A stretch of 64,000 nt of DNA from Owenia fusiformis (Eukaryota): NCBI GenBank assembly GCA_903813345.2, contig CAIIXF020000001.1, forward strand, positions 22,692,001 through 22,756,000, read 5' to 3'. The position numbers and the translations under genes were made by a program. The notes beneath the pieces were generated by a model. It made no database searches. It had not been told where the DNA came from and was given only the letters and a program-made list of their open reading frames with translations. Below, in pieces: positions 12,746-27,900 of this stretch (the first letter of the stretch is position 1; every line of letters begins with the position of its first letter).

Positions 12746-12999
12746 CATGTTGTGATTTCATAATACACTTACAAGACTTATGACCTCACAAAATAAACTG
12801 CAAATGTGTTCTCAGATACATACTGGATCTAAACCCTGATTTCACCTTATGATAAACATTGTTGGTGTGGCCGTGAATATGTTTTTCAAATGAAGAAGAG
12901 TGATTGTATACTGGAACAATGTACAGAGATCTTTGGCAGCTGATAGCACATCTAACTTGAGATAACCACATCAAAATGTGTGGTTATGGCTACAGTGAC

Positions 13000-15900
13000 T
13001 TAATTGAGAAATTGAGTTCTTGCCCGCCTTGGGGACTGGTCCATGGCACTTTTATACATATCTGAGTAAACTTTCACCATATTGTCATTGAAGAGTTGTC
13101 TATGGGACTTGCCCGTGTAGTCTGCAGCCCTTGCACTCCAGTAGGAGTTGTCATCTAGGTGCACAAGACTGGAAAATACAGAATTAAAATATGATATCCA
13201 AATATATTATGCTTGACATATCCAAATTATTGAAACTTACTCGCTACGTTTCAATGAACATCTTCTTCAGGCACTTAATAATAGATTTACATTGTTGAAA
13301 AATTTTATCTTATTAAAAACTGTGAGATATATAGAGAAACTGGAGTGAGGTTTAACAAAGTATTTTCATTCAAATAAAGAGAACTGATTGTAATTATAAT
13401 GCAGCACACATATTAATAAAAATTGATGTATTTTCATTCTGATATACATTTTAAAATACATTTATTAGTAAATAAAAATTAAAACTGAAGTTTGTGGTAT
13501 ATTAGTTTGCAGTATGCGGTGATAAAAAATATGAATAAAGACAATGTCAAATTTCAATCTCATTACTTATGTCATGTCGCTAGTTAAAGGGGCAATAAGG
13601 ACTGTAGAGAAAATAGGAAAGTTTTTTCATTTTTTCTGAGCTATCAAGGCAACATTTGGTTTAACATCTTCTTTGACATATCTATTTTCTTAAAATGTAT
13701 GGATAAATGATCAATTTCAGCATTAAGAAGTATAAATTCAGTTCAAAGCTTCAAAAAGGGGACTTCCACTTTTATATTTTTAAGATCCACCATGTTTCAA
13801 AAGGAATATGAGCTAAAATAATGTTTATCTAGGGGGTTTCTTTGTAGATAATAAAAATAGATGTTAGTCTTGATGAAATATCAAAACTTATTTTGACACT
13901 GGTCCATGATCGTTGAATGGCCCCTCTGCACTAATTATTGCACCTTTAACATTGACATGTATTATGAATGGAAACTAGAACTAGAGGAAGGTACAAGCAC
14001 ATGCACAATGCTTCTTTTTATTTGAAAATTTTGATTCCATATTTGATTTTTACACAAATGTATTAAAGGAAAACCCACCACAGGTTAATATAGAATTGAA
14101 GCATATGTCAGCCTATGATTTTTAAGTAAGATTGTACATGAGTTACAATGTATGCAGTTAAACATGAGACAAACTGGGCAAAATTGGAAAATTGGCGAAA
14201 TTTTAATATGGCGAATTTAGTTGCCTAAGGATAAATATCTGTGAAATAGGTGAATTTGACAGCATATGTAAAGCCTATGATATATAGGTAAGATCATTAC
14301 ATTGTTTGCAGTTCAACATGAGACAAATTGGGCAAAATTGGCGTTTTAATATGGTGAATTTGGTAGCCTAAGCATATGCCAGCCTATGATTAATACATGA
14401 GTTAAATTGTATGCAGTGAAACATGAGACAAAGTCGAGTGTTTAGGATTAATGCATTTTAACTCATCAAAAGTGCATGCCTACCTATGTGAGTATAACAT
14501 TATGAAATGAAACAATAATAATAAAAGTTAGTAACCTTGCAATGCATAGTGCTACCCTAGTACCTCCTATTCCTGTCCAAGTCAATGGCCAGTTCATCTA
14601 TGGAGTCAATATCATCAGAGGTATAGTAATCTAGATTCCGTCTGGGGCTACGAGGTGACTGAAAACATTGTTTAACATTACTAATTGTGTAAACACAATA
14701 CTTTGAACTGTTGTGCATTGCTTTATTTCCCTTACATGTTTAAGTTAAATCAATATGTCTGGTTTGTGACTTTAACATCCAAAAAGATTAACAAAACATA
14801 AAAAATGAGGAATTTGTGAGAATGACATCATAAATCAATTTATTGTGTATTACAGAATGTTAAGGAATAACTGTATTCAGGTACTTACTGTATATAATGA
14901 TGTTAAAGATCTATTAAGGCGTTCCTGAGACCGACTCCTAGCAAGAGCACGCTCCACCCTGGCATCCACTGAGAGTCTAGGGGAGATATATGGGTCATCC
15001 CCAAGTCTGTTCCTGAGTGAGGATTTGAACAAGAGAGGACTAATGGGGCGGGGTGGGGGACGGATAATCGGGGCAGAGTAGCCACGCGTGTGACGTGGAG
15101 ATCTTGGTGATAAAGTATAGTCTGGAGCCCTCAGTTCTAGGACATCATCTGTAATAAGCAAGTATATGTATGGTTCACACATCAAATACATTTGCATTAA
15201 ATACATCAAGTATGGATCAGTGGATAAATGGATGCTTTGAGCTGAACAAGATATCAGTATGGATCAGTGGTTAAATGGATGCTTTGAGCAGAACACAATA
15301 AATGGATGCTTTGAGCTGAACTATCAGTATGGATCAGTGGATAAATGGATGCTTTGAGTGAACATGATATCAGTGAACGCTTAGAGATGAGCACCATATC
15401 AGCAGATAATTAGAGTTGGACACTATAATGTCTGATAATAGTTTAAACACAATATACCTGTGGATGCTTAGAGTGAAACACCACATCAGTGGATGATACA
15501 ATATTCAAATACTATATGTGAATCAGTTAATGATTTGAGTTCAACACTGTATCAGTGAAAGCTTTCAGTAACTATGATAAATAGTACCTACCATCGCTAC
15601 TATAATCTCTATCTAGTTGGGTACTAGAGAGGATTGGTCTTGGTTGTCTTGTGCTCTCACGCATCGCCTGCAAATGGTCAATAGACAAATTAATACTATT
15701 TATCTTATTAAAGTGTTGCCTATTTTACAAAATAACCCAGGCCTAACTAGGTGTATTGAAAGAGCTATCTCAGGGATGGCTTTTACATACATATGACAAT
15801 CAATCTAAATTTATTTATGATTTTAAGAAATAAAGAGTATTCATTATTAAACCAGAACAACGGCAACGCCAAAGCGTAGCGAATCCCATCGAACAGAAAT

Positions 15901-18900
15901 GGCTGGCATTTTTACAAACGAATAGCAAATATCATAAAACAACACACCAGAAAGGCCACCATTTTCAAAATGGTTGCTCACTAGCCAAGTTGTCATCAGA
16001 AGAAATAATATGCTTTTAAGTAGCCACCTCTAAAATTTTTGAAAAATCGCACACGTACTTGTAAAACACACACATAAAAATGTTGGCCATTTTTCAAAAT
16101 GGCCGACTACTCCCCAAAGTTTTATTAGACAATGTGCCATGCTTAAAGTATTCACATATCAAATATGAACAAAATCGCTCCACTACTTTTCGAGTTATAG
16201 TAAAATATGTTAAAATGGCGGCCATTTTTCAAAATGGTCACCTTCTACCAAAAGTGTCATTAGAAATAGACAGTGTGTCATGCTTATAGTATTCACATAC
16301 CAAATATGAACAAAATCGCTCCACTACTTTTCTAGTTATAGTAAAATATGTTAAAATCGTGGCCATTTTTCAAATTTTTTTCAAAATGGCCGCCTTCTAC
16401 CAAAAGTGTCATAGGACAGTGTGCCATGCTTATAGTATTCACATACCAAATATGAACAAAATCGCTCCACTACTTTTCGAGTTATAGTAACATACGTTAA
16501 AATGGCAGCCATTTTTCAAATTTTTTTTCAAAATGGCCGCCTTCTACCAAAAGTGTCATAGGACAGTGTGCTATGCTTATAGTATTCACATACCAAATAT
16601 GAACAAAATCGCTCCACTACTTTTCGAGTTATAGTAAAATACGTTAAAATGGCGGCCATTTTTCAAAATGGCCGCCTTCTACCAAAAGTGTCTTTAGACA
16701 GTGTGCAATGCTTATAGTATTCACATACCATATATGAACAAAATCGCTCCACTATTTTTTGAGTTACAGCAAAAATCGTAAAACGACGCGTAAAGGCCGC
16801 CATTTTTCAAGATGGCTGTCATGTGCTTCTTTAATATCTACATTTGTAGCATTATTATTGTCCTTTATCATTTTTTTACATTTAAAACATATTGCTATAA
16901 CAGTTTTACATATTGCACCTAAATTACTGTAAAATCGGCACTAAAATGGCCGCCATTTTGAAATGAGTGGCCATTTTGAAAATCAGCTTTCGAGCAGAAC
17001 TTCTACCCCCATAGGGTATATGTGTACAAAATATGAACAAAATCGGGCCAACGGTATTTGAGTTATTGCCCGGACGGACGGACGGACGGACGGAGGCGTT
17101 CCCTATATCCCTCCGAACTTCGTTCGATGGGATAATGAAAGGAGTCCATATACTTTTGCATGCAACTGTACTTCTATATTCATGGAATTACAGTATTTCT
17201 ATCAAAGTAGTACTCTAATTGCTATAATCTGATCATGACATGCGATTGAGAATATTTCTTTTTATAATGAAGACAAAAACATATTACTTACAATAGATGA
17301 TGCAAAAAAGTTTGATAAGTGATACAACAGAACTACACATGCACATTTAACTTAATTAAAAGATATATTTTTGGATATTTTAAAAACATCTAGGAACCAA
17401 TCAGATTTCAGACAAACCAGGAGTGTGCTTATCTAACACCAAGTCTACCCCCTCCCCCCATTAGTCTCGATTCAAAACCCTGGACCCCCCTCCCCTTATC
17501 ATTATCTATTATCTACTTGTGTACAAGGTGTGAGAGTGGCAAAGTAGCCTAAAGCAAGACAAGAGAGACAATTCTATAAAGTGCTGCATATTATGGTCAT
17601 TACCTTTCGCACCAAGGCTCTATTGCGAAAGTAAGGATAGTCGTACAAGTAATCATCATTATAAACAGTTGTACTGTAAGTGCCATCTATAAATATACAT
17701 AGTACTAATGTACAATAAGGTACGGGTGCTATCTTGTAATGCTTTGCTATCTAGTACTTATGCACTATATTTGGGAGAAGGGGGAGGGCTATCCTGATTT
17801 GGTACATCCAAAAGCCCTGATATAGTAAGCCTATAATTCTGAACCCACAACAATGAGTATTTAAGAATCAGGCATGATGTAATGATGAGGTTGCCATGCC
17901 TACATGTAAATAAACAATGTGAAACACAGACATCCCTTTAACCTATAAACCATGCAGAAAACTAAACAGTTTTAGTACATAAAATAAAATTATGTGAAGA
18001 ATCAATCTAAAAAACTACAGCAAAACCTGTAGGATAATTATCAAACTCAATTCCATTCCATGATCGAACACAAAAACACGCGTTCACTGCTTAAATGTGA
18101 AAAACCCTTTTGATTCTTCATATAATTTGAAACAGTTGGATAGGATCATAACAATGATATCAAAGGGTAGTTTTCACAAATTTAATATTCTTCTGTCTCT
18201 ATCACAAAGATATACAACAAATAATGTGTACAAACTGTCAGAATGTCAGCGTGATATTTTTTCCATTTTATTATTGGAAAAATACAGCATCCAATACAGT
18301 GATTAGTTAGAATGCTATCCAAGCCACGATGCAACAAGAGGTTAAACTGCAAGCACTATAACCAAGCAAACATTCAACATCAACCATCAGTGCCACCTAT
18401 ATGTTTACCTTTACAACTGAGTGTGTATGATGCCCATCTGGATGGTGATGGTATGAGTGGCCCCAGTATCGTTTACCCGTATATCTCCTATAGAGGGCGC
18501 ACACTGTGCAATTCTTCTCTGTGTGAGGGTTTAGGCAGTGGGGGCAATATTCTGTATGTACATATAGGGTCATATTTTAACACAATTCAAAAAACAAATA
18601 TATAAAACTGGTATTTATCACATACTATGTAGAAATCTAGTGATTTGATTGGTTGCTTTCTATGACGTATTTCCCGTATCACATGAATTTCATATGATAC
18701 GAGCACATGTACCACACGTTGTCTATGGTAACGAAATGACGTCATACAACTTCATTCTATTCTTTCCTAATTCAGAATGACGTCACATCGCTATGTTACT
18801 ATTTCTTAGAAATGATGAATTCGTCATTTGAGGAACTAGAAGTTAAAACGACAAAGAAAGCTACCAATAAAATCACTAGATTTCTACATAGTATGTGATA

Positions 18901-21900
18901 AAATCGTCATCACACGTTTCAGCGTATGTGATACAGGAAATATTCCACTCATTAAAAGAGTATCACCACTCAAGCTGCGCTTTCGTGGTTATACAATTTT
19001 TACTTTCGTAGAATATTTCCCGTATCACATGCTGAAACGTGTAATAACTGATATTATTCATATTCAATAAACAGCTTGTATGTGTCATTACTAAACTATG
19101 TATCAGTATATTTATTTATGTACTTTATATGTAGACAATGTAGGCCCCAAATGGATACACCCCATCATGTAACATTGATTTCTAGTTTGTAACAATGAGT
19201 TTATTCGAAGCAGTGGTATGACGTATAAAAAATCAGAAAATGCACATTACTAAAAACTTATTGTACGTAAGAATCAAAATTACTTATAATTAATTGTCAT
19301 TGACTGATGATTATATAATCTATATATAAAATACACATTTTGGAATTATATTATAAATAGCACATGTTACCAATTATGAAAGAATTTATTTATGTCCTAT
19401 GATTTCTATCAATAAGAGCCTATTATAAAATGTGTATATTTTTAATTATACTGAATTTCAATACAATTAATGAGGTTACTAAATTGTTTAAGATTATTGA
19501 ACCAAAACTGACCTCTAGTGGTGACCTTGACCCCTCGTGTAGGTGAAATAGATCGACTCCTAGACATTGTTGAGTTTGAGGTTCCCGACGTAGCTTTTTT
19601 CTTCTTCTTTTTCTTGCCGCCTGGAGGTGGCGACCCTGGCGTTCTGCCTATCAGACTTTTGTCCAACTGAAACATTCAACAATATCAGTATTTGTAGTTA
19701 CGATGAATTGTGATTAGATTAAAGCAATTATTTCAAGTGTATGTGTGTACCCTGATAATGTTAAATTAGTTTAAGATTGTATTCCGTGAACAATAGTATT
19801 ATTTGAGGCTTAGTGATAAATAATAGAAAACAAGGCTTTAGACTACTTGTGTCTTAATAGACACTTAAAGGTGAAAGAATTAGTGCAGAGGGGCCATTCA
19901 ACGATCATGGACCAGTGTCAAAATATATTCAAGTTTGAATATTTCATCAAGACCAACATATATTTTTATTATCTCGAAAGAAACCCCCTGGATGAACATT
20001 ATTTCAGCTGATATTCCTCTTGAAACGTGATGGATCTTAAAAATCTATACGTGGGACTCCCTTTATAGAAGCTTTGGACTGAATTAAAACTTCTTAATGC
20101 TTAAATTGATAGTTTATCCATACATTTTAAGAAAATAGGTATGTCAAAGAAGATGTTAAGCCGAATGTTGCCCTGATAGCTCAGAAAAAGTAAAATTCTT
20201 TGAATTTTCTCTCTACAGGCCTTGTTGCCCCTTAATTGAAAATGTAAGTTTTTGCGATTTTATTCATTTTGGGAGAACAACAAGAGGCTGAGTCTCTTTA
20301 AAAGATCATCAAATGTTACAAGACAGCTCCGTACCTTCCTAACCACAAATGGCGCTTTATTGTCGTCATCTTCCTCCAATGAGATTTCAGCCATTTGTCG
20401 CCGCATTGAGGGTGATGGAGATCTGGAACGAGAAATTGACGACATTGTCGGTTGTTCGTAATGTTCTTTCTCAACTTGTATATACACGGGAGACCTACAG
20501 GAGGAAATAATGAGCAACATTCACCATAAAGCAAGCAAAAACAAAGAACAATAACAGTATAATGCCTCAGTCACATTTGCTCCAATTTTCACTACGGGCC
20601 CAGCCGATTGAGTATTTTGTTCAAAATTGAATACAATATTGAGCAAAACACTCAATCGGATGGGCGCTGGCCGATGGATTGGAGCAAATGTGACCCGGGC
20701 ATAAGCGAAAAAGAACTAAAGTAAAACCTGTCTAAGTGGAACACTTTTGGTACCTCTTTAAAGTGTTCCACTTGGGAGGTGTTCAACTTATTGAGGTTCA
20801 TTTACATTAAGTCACTTAATATAGGGACACTGAAAAGTGTTCCACTAACAGAGGTGTTCCACTTTACAGGTTTCACTCTATAAAATAATGACAGTTAATT
20901 ATACAACTTAAAAAGCAACTAAATATCACTTTAAACTATTGAACGCTAAAATAATCTATTGCGTAGGTTAAATGCTTAATCTATTTATAGTTTATTCAGG
21001 ATCATTGACCCTGGAATAATATGTTATCAAGATTATGTTTTTATTATCTTTTATCATGCTATATAAGAAATGTTATGCTGATACTCCACTGAAAATCATA
21101 TAAATGGAGAAATAATATCTAAATGTGCAATATTAAAAAATAACCAAAATGCAATACCGAAATGTGCAATATTAAAATGTGCAATATCTAAATATAATGT
21201 GTAAAAGTAAACAATTTTGAGATGGTTGAATATATAGATGTGCAATATTGAAATAGATTATACATGTAGAGGTAATTAATTGTCTTCAGGTGCAATAAGT
21301 TTTAATTAATTAATCTCATTAGGCACAGGTATTTAGTGTCAGATTGAATCAATGTATAATTACACCAGTCATCAATCATTGATATAAGCCCCAATTAATA
21401 GATATTAAACATTAATTCATAATCCAAGACATCAAATTTGGTGAAATATGATGCAGGGAAGAAAATGCAAAGAAGCTTACGAATGTAAGAAAAATGTAAA
21501 AATCTATTATCGTACTATAAAGTAAATAAATAATAAAAAGCACATGTAATATATAACTTTGATAGAAAAGTTGTTAAAATTGTGAAAAAGCCAATTAGAC
21601 AGTACAAGGAACTTCCTCAATTAAAAAGGAGGGGGGGGGCAGTAAACCACAAATCTAAATCAGATCACATACCTTTGGCGGGATCTTGATCGTCGTGGAG
21701 ATGTAGATCGCCTGCCTGTCTGGAAATCTTCATCCTGCAAAATACAACAAATAAAATGAACAAAAGCATTACTGCTATAATGCACCTAGTTGAAAAAATT
21801 TATTTACTCAATATGTACTAAATAAATTACATGCACTACTCAATAAATATTCTATACTCATTCTCACTTTATAACCTAAAATGAGGTTTCTTATTAACTT

Positions 21901-24900
21901 CGTAAATGGTTTTAATAATTCCTAAAGGTGATTAGACACTGGAGGATCCAGGGGGGGGGCGCCAGTGTTAGATATTCAAAAAAATATTGTAACACCTATT
22001 AGTGGTTAGTCTAGGCCAGATTACACATCCTCTCCCCCTAACATGGCTCCTTGGGGTCAGGCAACTGAACGAAACTGAAACAATGGGGGAGGGGTGGGAC
22101 CAGGGGGCCAATTAATGCGCTTTTTGGGCATTACTGCGGGCCTTATCTTTTAATTTTTGGCCAAATAATTTAAAAAAATAGGCTTTCAATTTTCAAATTC
22201 TTTTTCTATACAAGCCAAAATATATTTTCTCAGATTTGAAATGGTGGACCCCTTGTAAGTTAATTCAGATCCACCCCTGCTACCGATTTACTAACCTCTG
22301 TCTAGACTTTCTAGAACATTTGAGTGAATATACCACTAATATACAACAAAACAAAGAGCCACAAAGTATATACTGTACTAGCACGCCTTACCATCGCGTA
22401 AGCAGGCGTCACCGTACAGCGTCAAAAAATAGCGGAGTACAGTTTTCTGTACGGTAACGCAAATTAACTGCTTTGAAGCAAAAACTATGACAAGGGTTTA
22501 AAAAAATTAATTTGATGAAAACTAATACGATTTCATGTGAAATAAAAACAGCATTCTCTTAGAAATGGTTTTAACTAACTGATTATGATAAATGTTTTAC
22601 GAGCACTGTTCGGATTTTTTCTGAGTGAATCGGCCCACATAATCGACCCAAGTGAAAAAAGGTTGTTTTTTCACATTTCGTTTGGTTATTATTTTCCCTG
22701 CCGTCTGAGAGTATGGATTATTTTTTTGAGAAAATGTATTTGTTGACTACACATTTTAGAACGGGCGAAGATTCAGCAAACAACCATGCATTATGTATAT
22801 TTAAAAAAGATCAAATTTGAACGGTGACGCACCAGCTGTACGGTGACGCCATGCTTTGATGAACTAAATGAGACTAAGATTGTATGAAATGGAAACTCTG
22901 GAGTATGATCATTTGTTCATATATAGCGCCGTTACATGCATAATGGAAGGTTACTGGAAATGTATGATACGGTAAAGATCATGAAACCAAAAACTCTCTT
23001 GTTGCTATGTTATTGATGTTTTAAAACAAGGGATGTCACAAGTAAATCTCATCTTGCATGTGTGACTTTTTAGGATGAAAGATGCAATATATTGCATGGG
23101 GTAAAGATGGCTGTGTAGGCTATCTTTGTCAGTCATATGAGAAAAGTCTGGTTTAGTTCAAATGATACCAAAGCATTACGTCAACTTTCAAATAGTTAAT
23201 TCCATGAAAACTAAAAATATCGAAATTGATACTTCCTGTCCGCCATCTTAAATGCGAAGGCGACGGCTGTAACCTTCGCTTGATACTTACCAGTGATAAT
23301 GTACATGTAGATCTGACGCTTCTTTACCTCTTGTTCGAACAGTAAGCTTAGAGCTCTTCATAAAATCTAAGGAAGCGTCACCGTACAGCTGATGCGTCAC
23401 CGTACAGTTCTGATCTTTTTTGAATAAATACACTGAATGATTTTTTGCCGAATATTCATCTGTTCTAAAATGTGTAGATAACAAATACATATTCTCATAA
23501 AAATAATCCATACTCTCAGACGACAGAAAAAATAATAACCAAACGAAAAGTGAAAAAAACAACATTTTTCTCTCGAGTTGATTATGTGGGCCGATCCAGT
23601 CAGAAAAAATCCGAGCAGTGCTCGAAAAACTTTTGTCATAATTAGAAAGCTAAAACCATTCTTAAGAGAATGCTGTTTTTATTACACCCGAAATCGTATT
23701 TATTTACGTCTAATTAATCTTTTTAAAACCCTCATTATAGTTTTTGCTTCAACTAAGTTAAATTTCGTCACCGTACAGAAAACTGTACTACTGTATTTTT
23801 TGACGCTGTACGGTGACGCCTGCTTACGCGATGGTTAGGCGTGACTAGGGCACTTTAAACATGAAGGGCATCAAAAGTACACAATAAGCTAGATACAAGT
23901 GGTAACCTCATTCGATGCATTCTGAGCAAAACTATATATAGACATTTTACAGCTGTACTGTATCTATTTACACATAAATAAACAGATACAAAACATGCCT
24001 GCATGATTTCAGCTTTTGAGAGTGAGAGTAAGCTGACCTTGGTGGTTGTGCTACATATTTACATGTGATTACATATCTGATTCTACTACTGAGCTCTACT
24101 GAAGGTAGGTGCAGGACCTCATTTAAGATATCAACATTTAGATTTCCCTTGTGAATGATGGGGGTAAATAAGCCTATGGTTTCTCCCATAATTTGATTGA
24201 CCTTGCCTTAAAATTGCATTTCTGTCATTTCAGATTTCCCAGTAATGAATATGACATCATCAAATGAGACAAATATGTCACAGCCGAAAGAGGAAAAAGA
24301 TGAGATGGTATCATCATCAGATCAGATTGTCAATGTAATACAACAGCAGCAACAGACAGATGGCGGTATATTCCTTGATAAAACAAATAGTGGCAGTAAG
24401 TACATTCTGTATGCTTTATTTATCTAGTTCCATCCCATTCTGGTCTTGAAAGCATTCAACTAACTCTTAGCAGTCTGCCTACGAGTTATCTTGCAAAATC
24501 AGACATTCCCTGGGGTCTGCCGATGAGATTACTCGCACTTTAGGTACTTGGGGTTATGCTAAAGTTCATTTAGAAACAAAAAATATGCGTTAATGTGTTG
24601 ATAATACACACCCAACACTTGATGACCAGATCAAAAATATATATTGTTTTATAGCCTAAAATTAAAAATTTAATGGTTACTATGGTCAAATTGTCCATTT
24701 TGCTCAAACCAGGACAGCAATACTGGGATTTAGTTTAGACTGCTATGGAGTCGAGAAAAATGTGGCTCTCCACGCCCCATATATTTCTTGCCTCAATCGA
24801 TTCTGAACACCAGCCTGAATCACACCGGAATAGCCTGACAATGGTAAAGTCAGAAACCATTGTCACAAATGGGGGACATAACCATCACTTCGATTAGATT

Positions 24901-27900
24901 TTCATGAACTGTATGTTTAATAGAGTGACCATTAAATTTCTTTGATACAGCAATCGCTCAAAGTGTTTTTTTACTGATCATATAGTAAAATATGTTCTAC
25001 CATCGAAATAGAGGCTTAATTAATTTCATCGATCGGAATATGACACAGGACAACGGATACTGTATAAATGACAACGGTGTGGGTCAAATGTCATGTAAAA
25101 TCGAGGTAATATTTGACAACGGAATATATAAAGACAAGGGTAAAGTGTCTATTTACCAATGTCATTTTCCTATGTTCCAATGCAGTATATCCACCATAGT
25201 CCGTTGTCACATCTTACCATATGCAGTTGTCTTTGTAAATTATTTCAAATTCAGATTCTGTTGTCATTGACAATATCGAAGACGCGCGCGCATTGTGGCG
25301 ATTCACGACCCCATTTGATAGAAATTGGGATTTCACATAATACATCATCACACGAGCTTAATACCTGCATAGAATTAGCGACAATAAACTCCCATGAAAC
25401 AATGACCAAGTGATTAAAGAGTTGAAATGATCGTTATGTCCGCCATTTTTGACAATGGTATCTGACTTTACCGTTGTCAGGCTATTCCGGTGTGTAAATG
25501 TTCTCTCAAAGCCAAAAAAGAAGTGTCTATCTCAAATTGCAGACTTATACACTTCAATCTTTAAATCGGCCAGTATTTCAGAATGTCTGCCATCAGCTTT
25601 GGAAATTATCATCTAGAGCATTACAAACATTACCCGACTGAGGTTACATCCTGTTTCTTTATGCATATACATATATGTATATTGTATATATAAATGGCAT
25701 AATTATAATATCAATGTATTTATTAATGTATCGTTTTGAATATCTAATTCTCATGTGCAAATGGAATTCGAATATATAAAACATTAAGAAAATAAAAAAA
25801 ATATGAAAATCATCATAATTATTCTTTCAGGTCCATCTTTAGCTACAGTTGGCCTAAGTAACAACAATACAACCCTAAATGGTGCAAACAATGGAGCAAA
25901 TGATGTTGGCCCAAGTAACAACAATACAAACCTTGGTGCAAACAATGGAGCAAATGATGTACCAACATGCTCTAAGTATATTCCATACTCTAATGTTATA
26001 ACAGATGAAACAAGCACTGATGTAACTTACAGCAACTACACTGACATGACTGAGCATGTAACACACCAACCGAATGTGGATTCTATACAGTATGGTACAG
26101 AAGGGAATGAAACTAATATAAAGGTAGAACCAGATTTTGTATCTGATCAAGTTGAAGGTTTTGAAACTGAACATGATAATATGACTGACATAAACAATGA
26201 TACCCACCAACCAATGAAACAAGAGATTAACATGAAAGATGCAGCCCAGAATGATGAATCATTTACTCAATGGAAAGACACAGCTAGTCAGGAGACTGGA
26301 ACAGAACTGAAGAACCCAACAACACAGCTGATCACAACTGATCAGGAGACTGGAATAGAACTGAAGAACCCAACAGTATCATTGTGCAGACTATCACAAG
26401 CAGATGTAAAATGTGCGAGGTTGGGGGAATTCATCTGTACAGGGACAGTTATTAGACAACAGGAAAAATGTCAATATCAAATGAAACTGAAAAGACAATT
26501 GAAGGTGAAGACTTCAAAACGATCGATTTTCCACAGTTCAACACCAACCTTAGATCAATCTGTAGAAAAGCTATTCAGATGTAACATTTGTTATGAATCA
26601 TTTTTCAAAATCTCAGATCTTTCTAAACACAACAAGGGACATGCTTATAAAAATAAATCTGAAGTTAAAGCTTTTAAATGTAACCTATGCTCAAATGTAT
26701 ATGCCAGTGCCTATTATCTTGAGTTTCATATCAAAATCCATTTACATGGCAGAAAATTCATATGCAAGGTGTGTTCCAAAGGGTTTCTTACTAGATCTCA
26801 TCTTTCAACACATTATCTCTCCCATACTGGAGAAAAACAATTTGAATGTAATGTTTGCCATAAAACCTGTGCTACAACTTCAGCATACAACAAACATAAG
26901 GAAATTCATACAAGGAGAGATGGAGACAGAAAATTTAAATGCCAGCTATGCTCTAAAGCATATTTTACTAAATCAAATCTTTCTTGTCATATTAAAATTC
27001 ATACTGGAGAAAAAGGGTTTAAGTGTGATATCTGTTCCAAAGCATTTCATGGCAACAGTGCTCTTATTTCACATAAAAGAACACATACTGGGGAGAAACT
27101 ATTTAGTTGCAAAATCTGCAAGAAAGGATTTGCAAGTAAAAATAGTCTTTCAATGCATAACCATATTCATACAGAAGAAAAGCCATACAAATGCAAAGTC
27201 TGCGAAAAGGCATTTAGACATCCAGTGAATCTAAGAACTCATAACAGAATTCATACTGGAGAAAAGCCATATAAATGTAAGATTTGTTCTAAAGCCTTTT
27301 CACACAGTACTCATTTAAGGAGACATCAAACAGTTCATACAGGAGAAAGAAAATATGAATGCAAAATTTGTCCTAAAAGGTTCACAAGTAAATCCTTTCT
27401 TACCGTTCATTATAGAAATCATACTGGTGAAAAACCATTTAAATGTGAAATTTGTTCAAAAGCTTTTACTTCATCTGCCTTTCTAAAGAATCACTCACGT
27501 ATTCATACTGGTGAAAAGCCATTCAAATGCAACATTTGTGAAAGAGCTTTTTCTCGCGCTGGTGGTCTGTTTAAACATAAAATTATCCACAATGAGGAAA
27601 AGGAGTTCAATTGTCAAGTTTGCTTCAAGAAATTTTCTTCAAAAGAACACCTTATAATGCACAACAGAATCCACACAGGAGAGAGGCCATTTAAATGTAA
27701 ACTCTGTCCTAAAGCATTTCATACAAGTTCATCCCTTACTTGCCATAAACGAAATCACACTGGGGAAAAACCATTCAAATGTAAGTTCTGCTCAAAAATA
27801 TTCAAAGATTGCTCTGTATTGTTGGTTCACAAGAGAATTCACACTGGAGAGAAACCATATAAATGCAAAGTATGTCTTAAGGCTTTTTATTGTTCAACAC

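Noticed and set aside
16080-16289. Repeated small ORFs (MAAIFQNG...) here and at 36077-36280
   Set aside because: Translations of the HINE satellite unit, not genes.
26593-27228. 211-aa alternate-frame ORF in ZNF-A (and 32657-32989 in ZNF-B)
   Set aside because: Shadow frames of repetitive finger codons; the extents differ between paralogues and there are no recognisable motifs.
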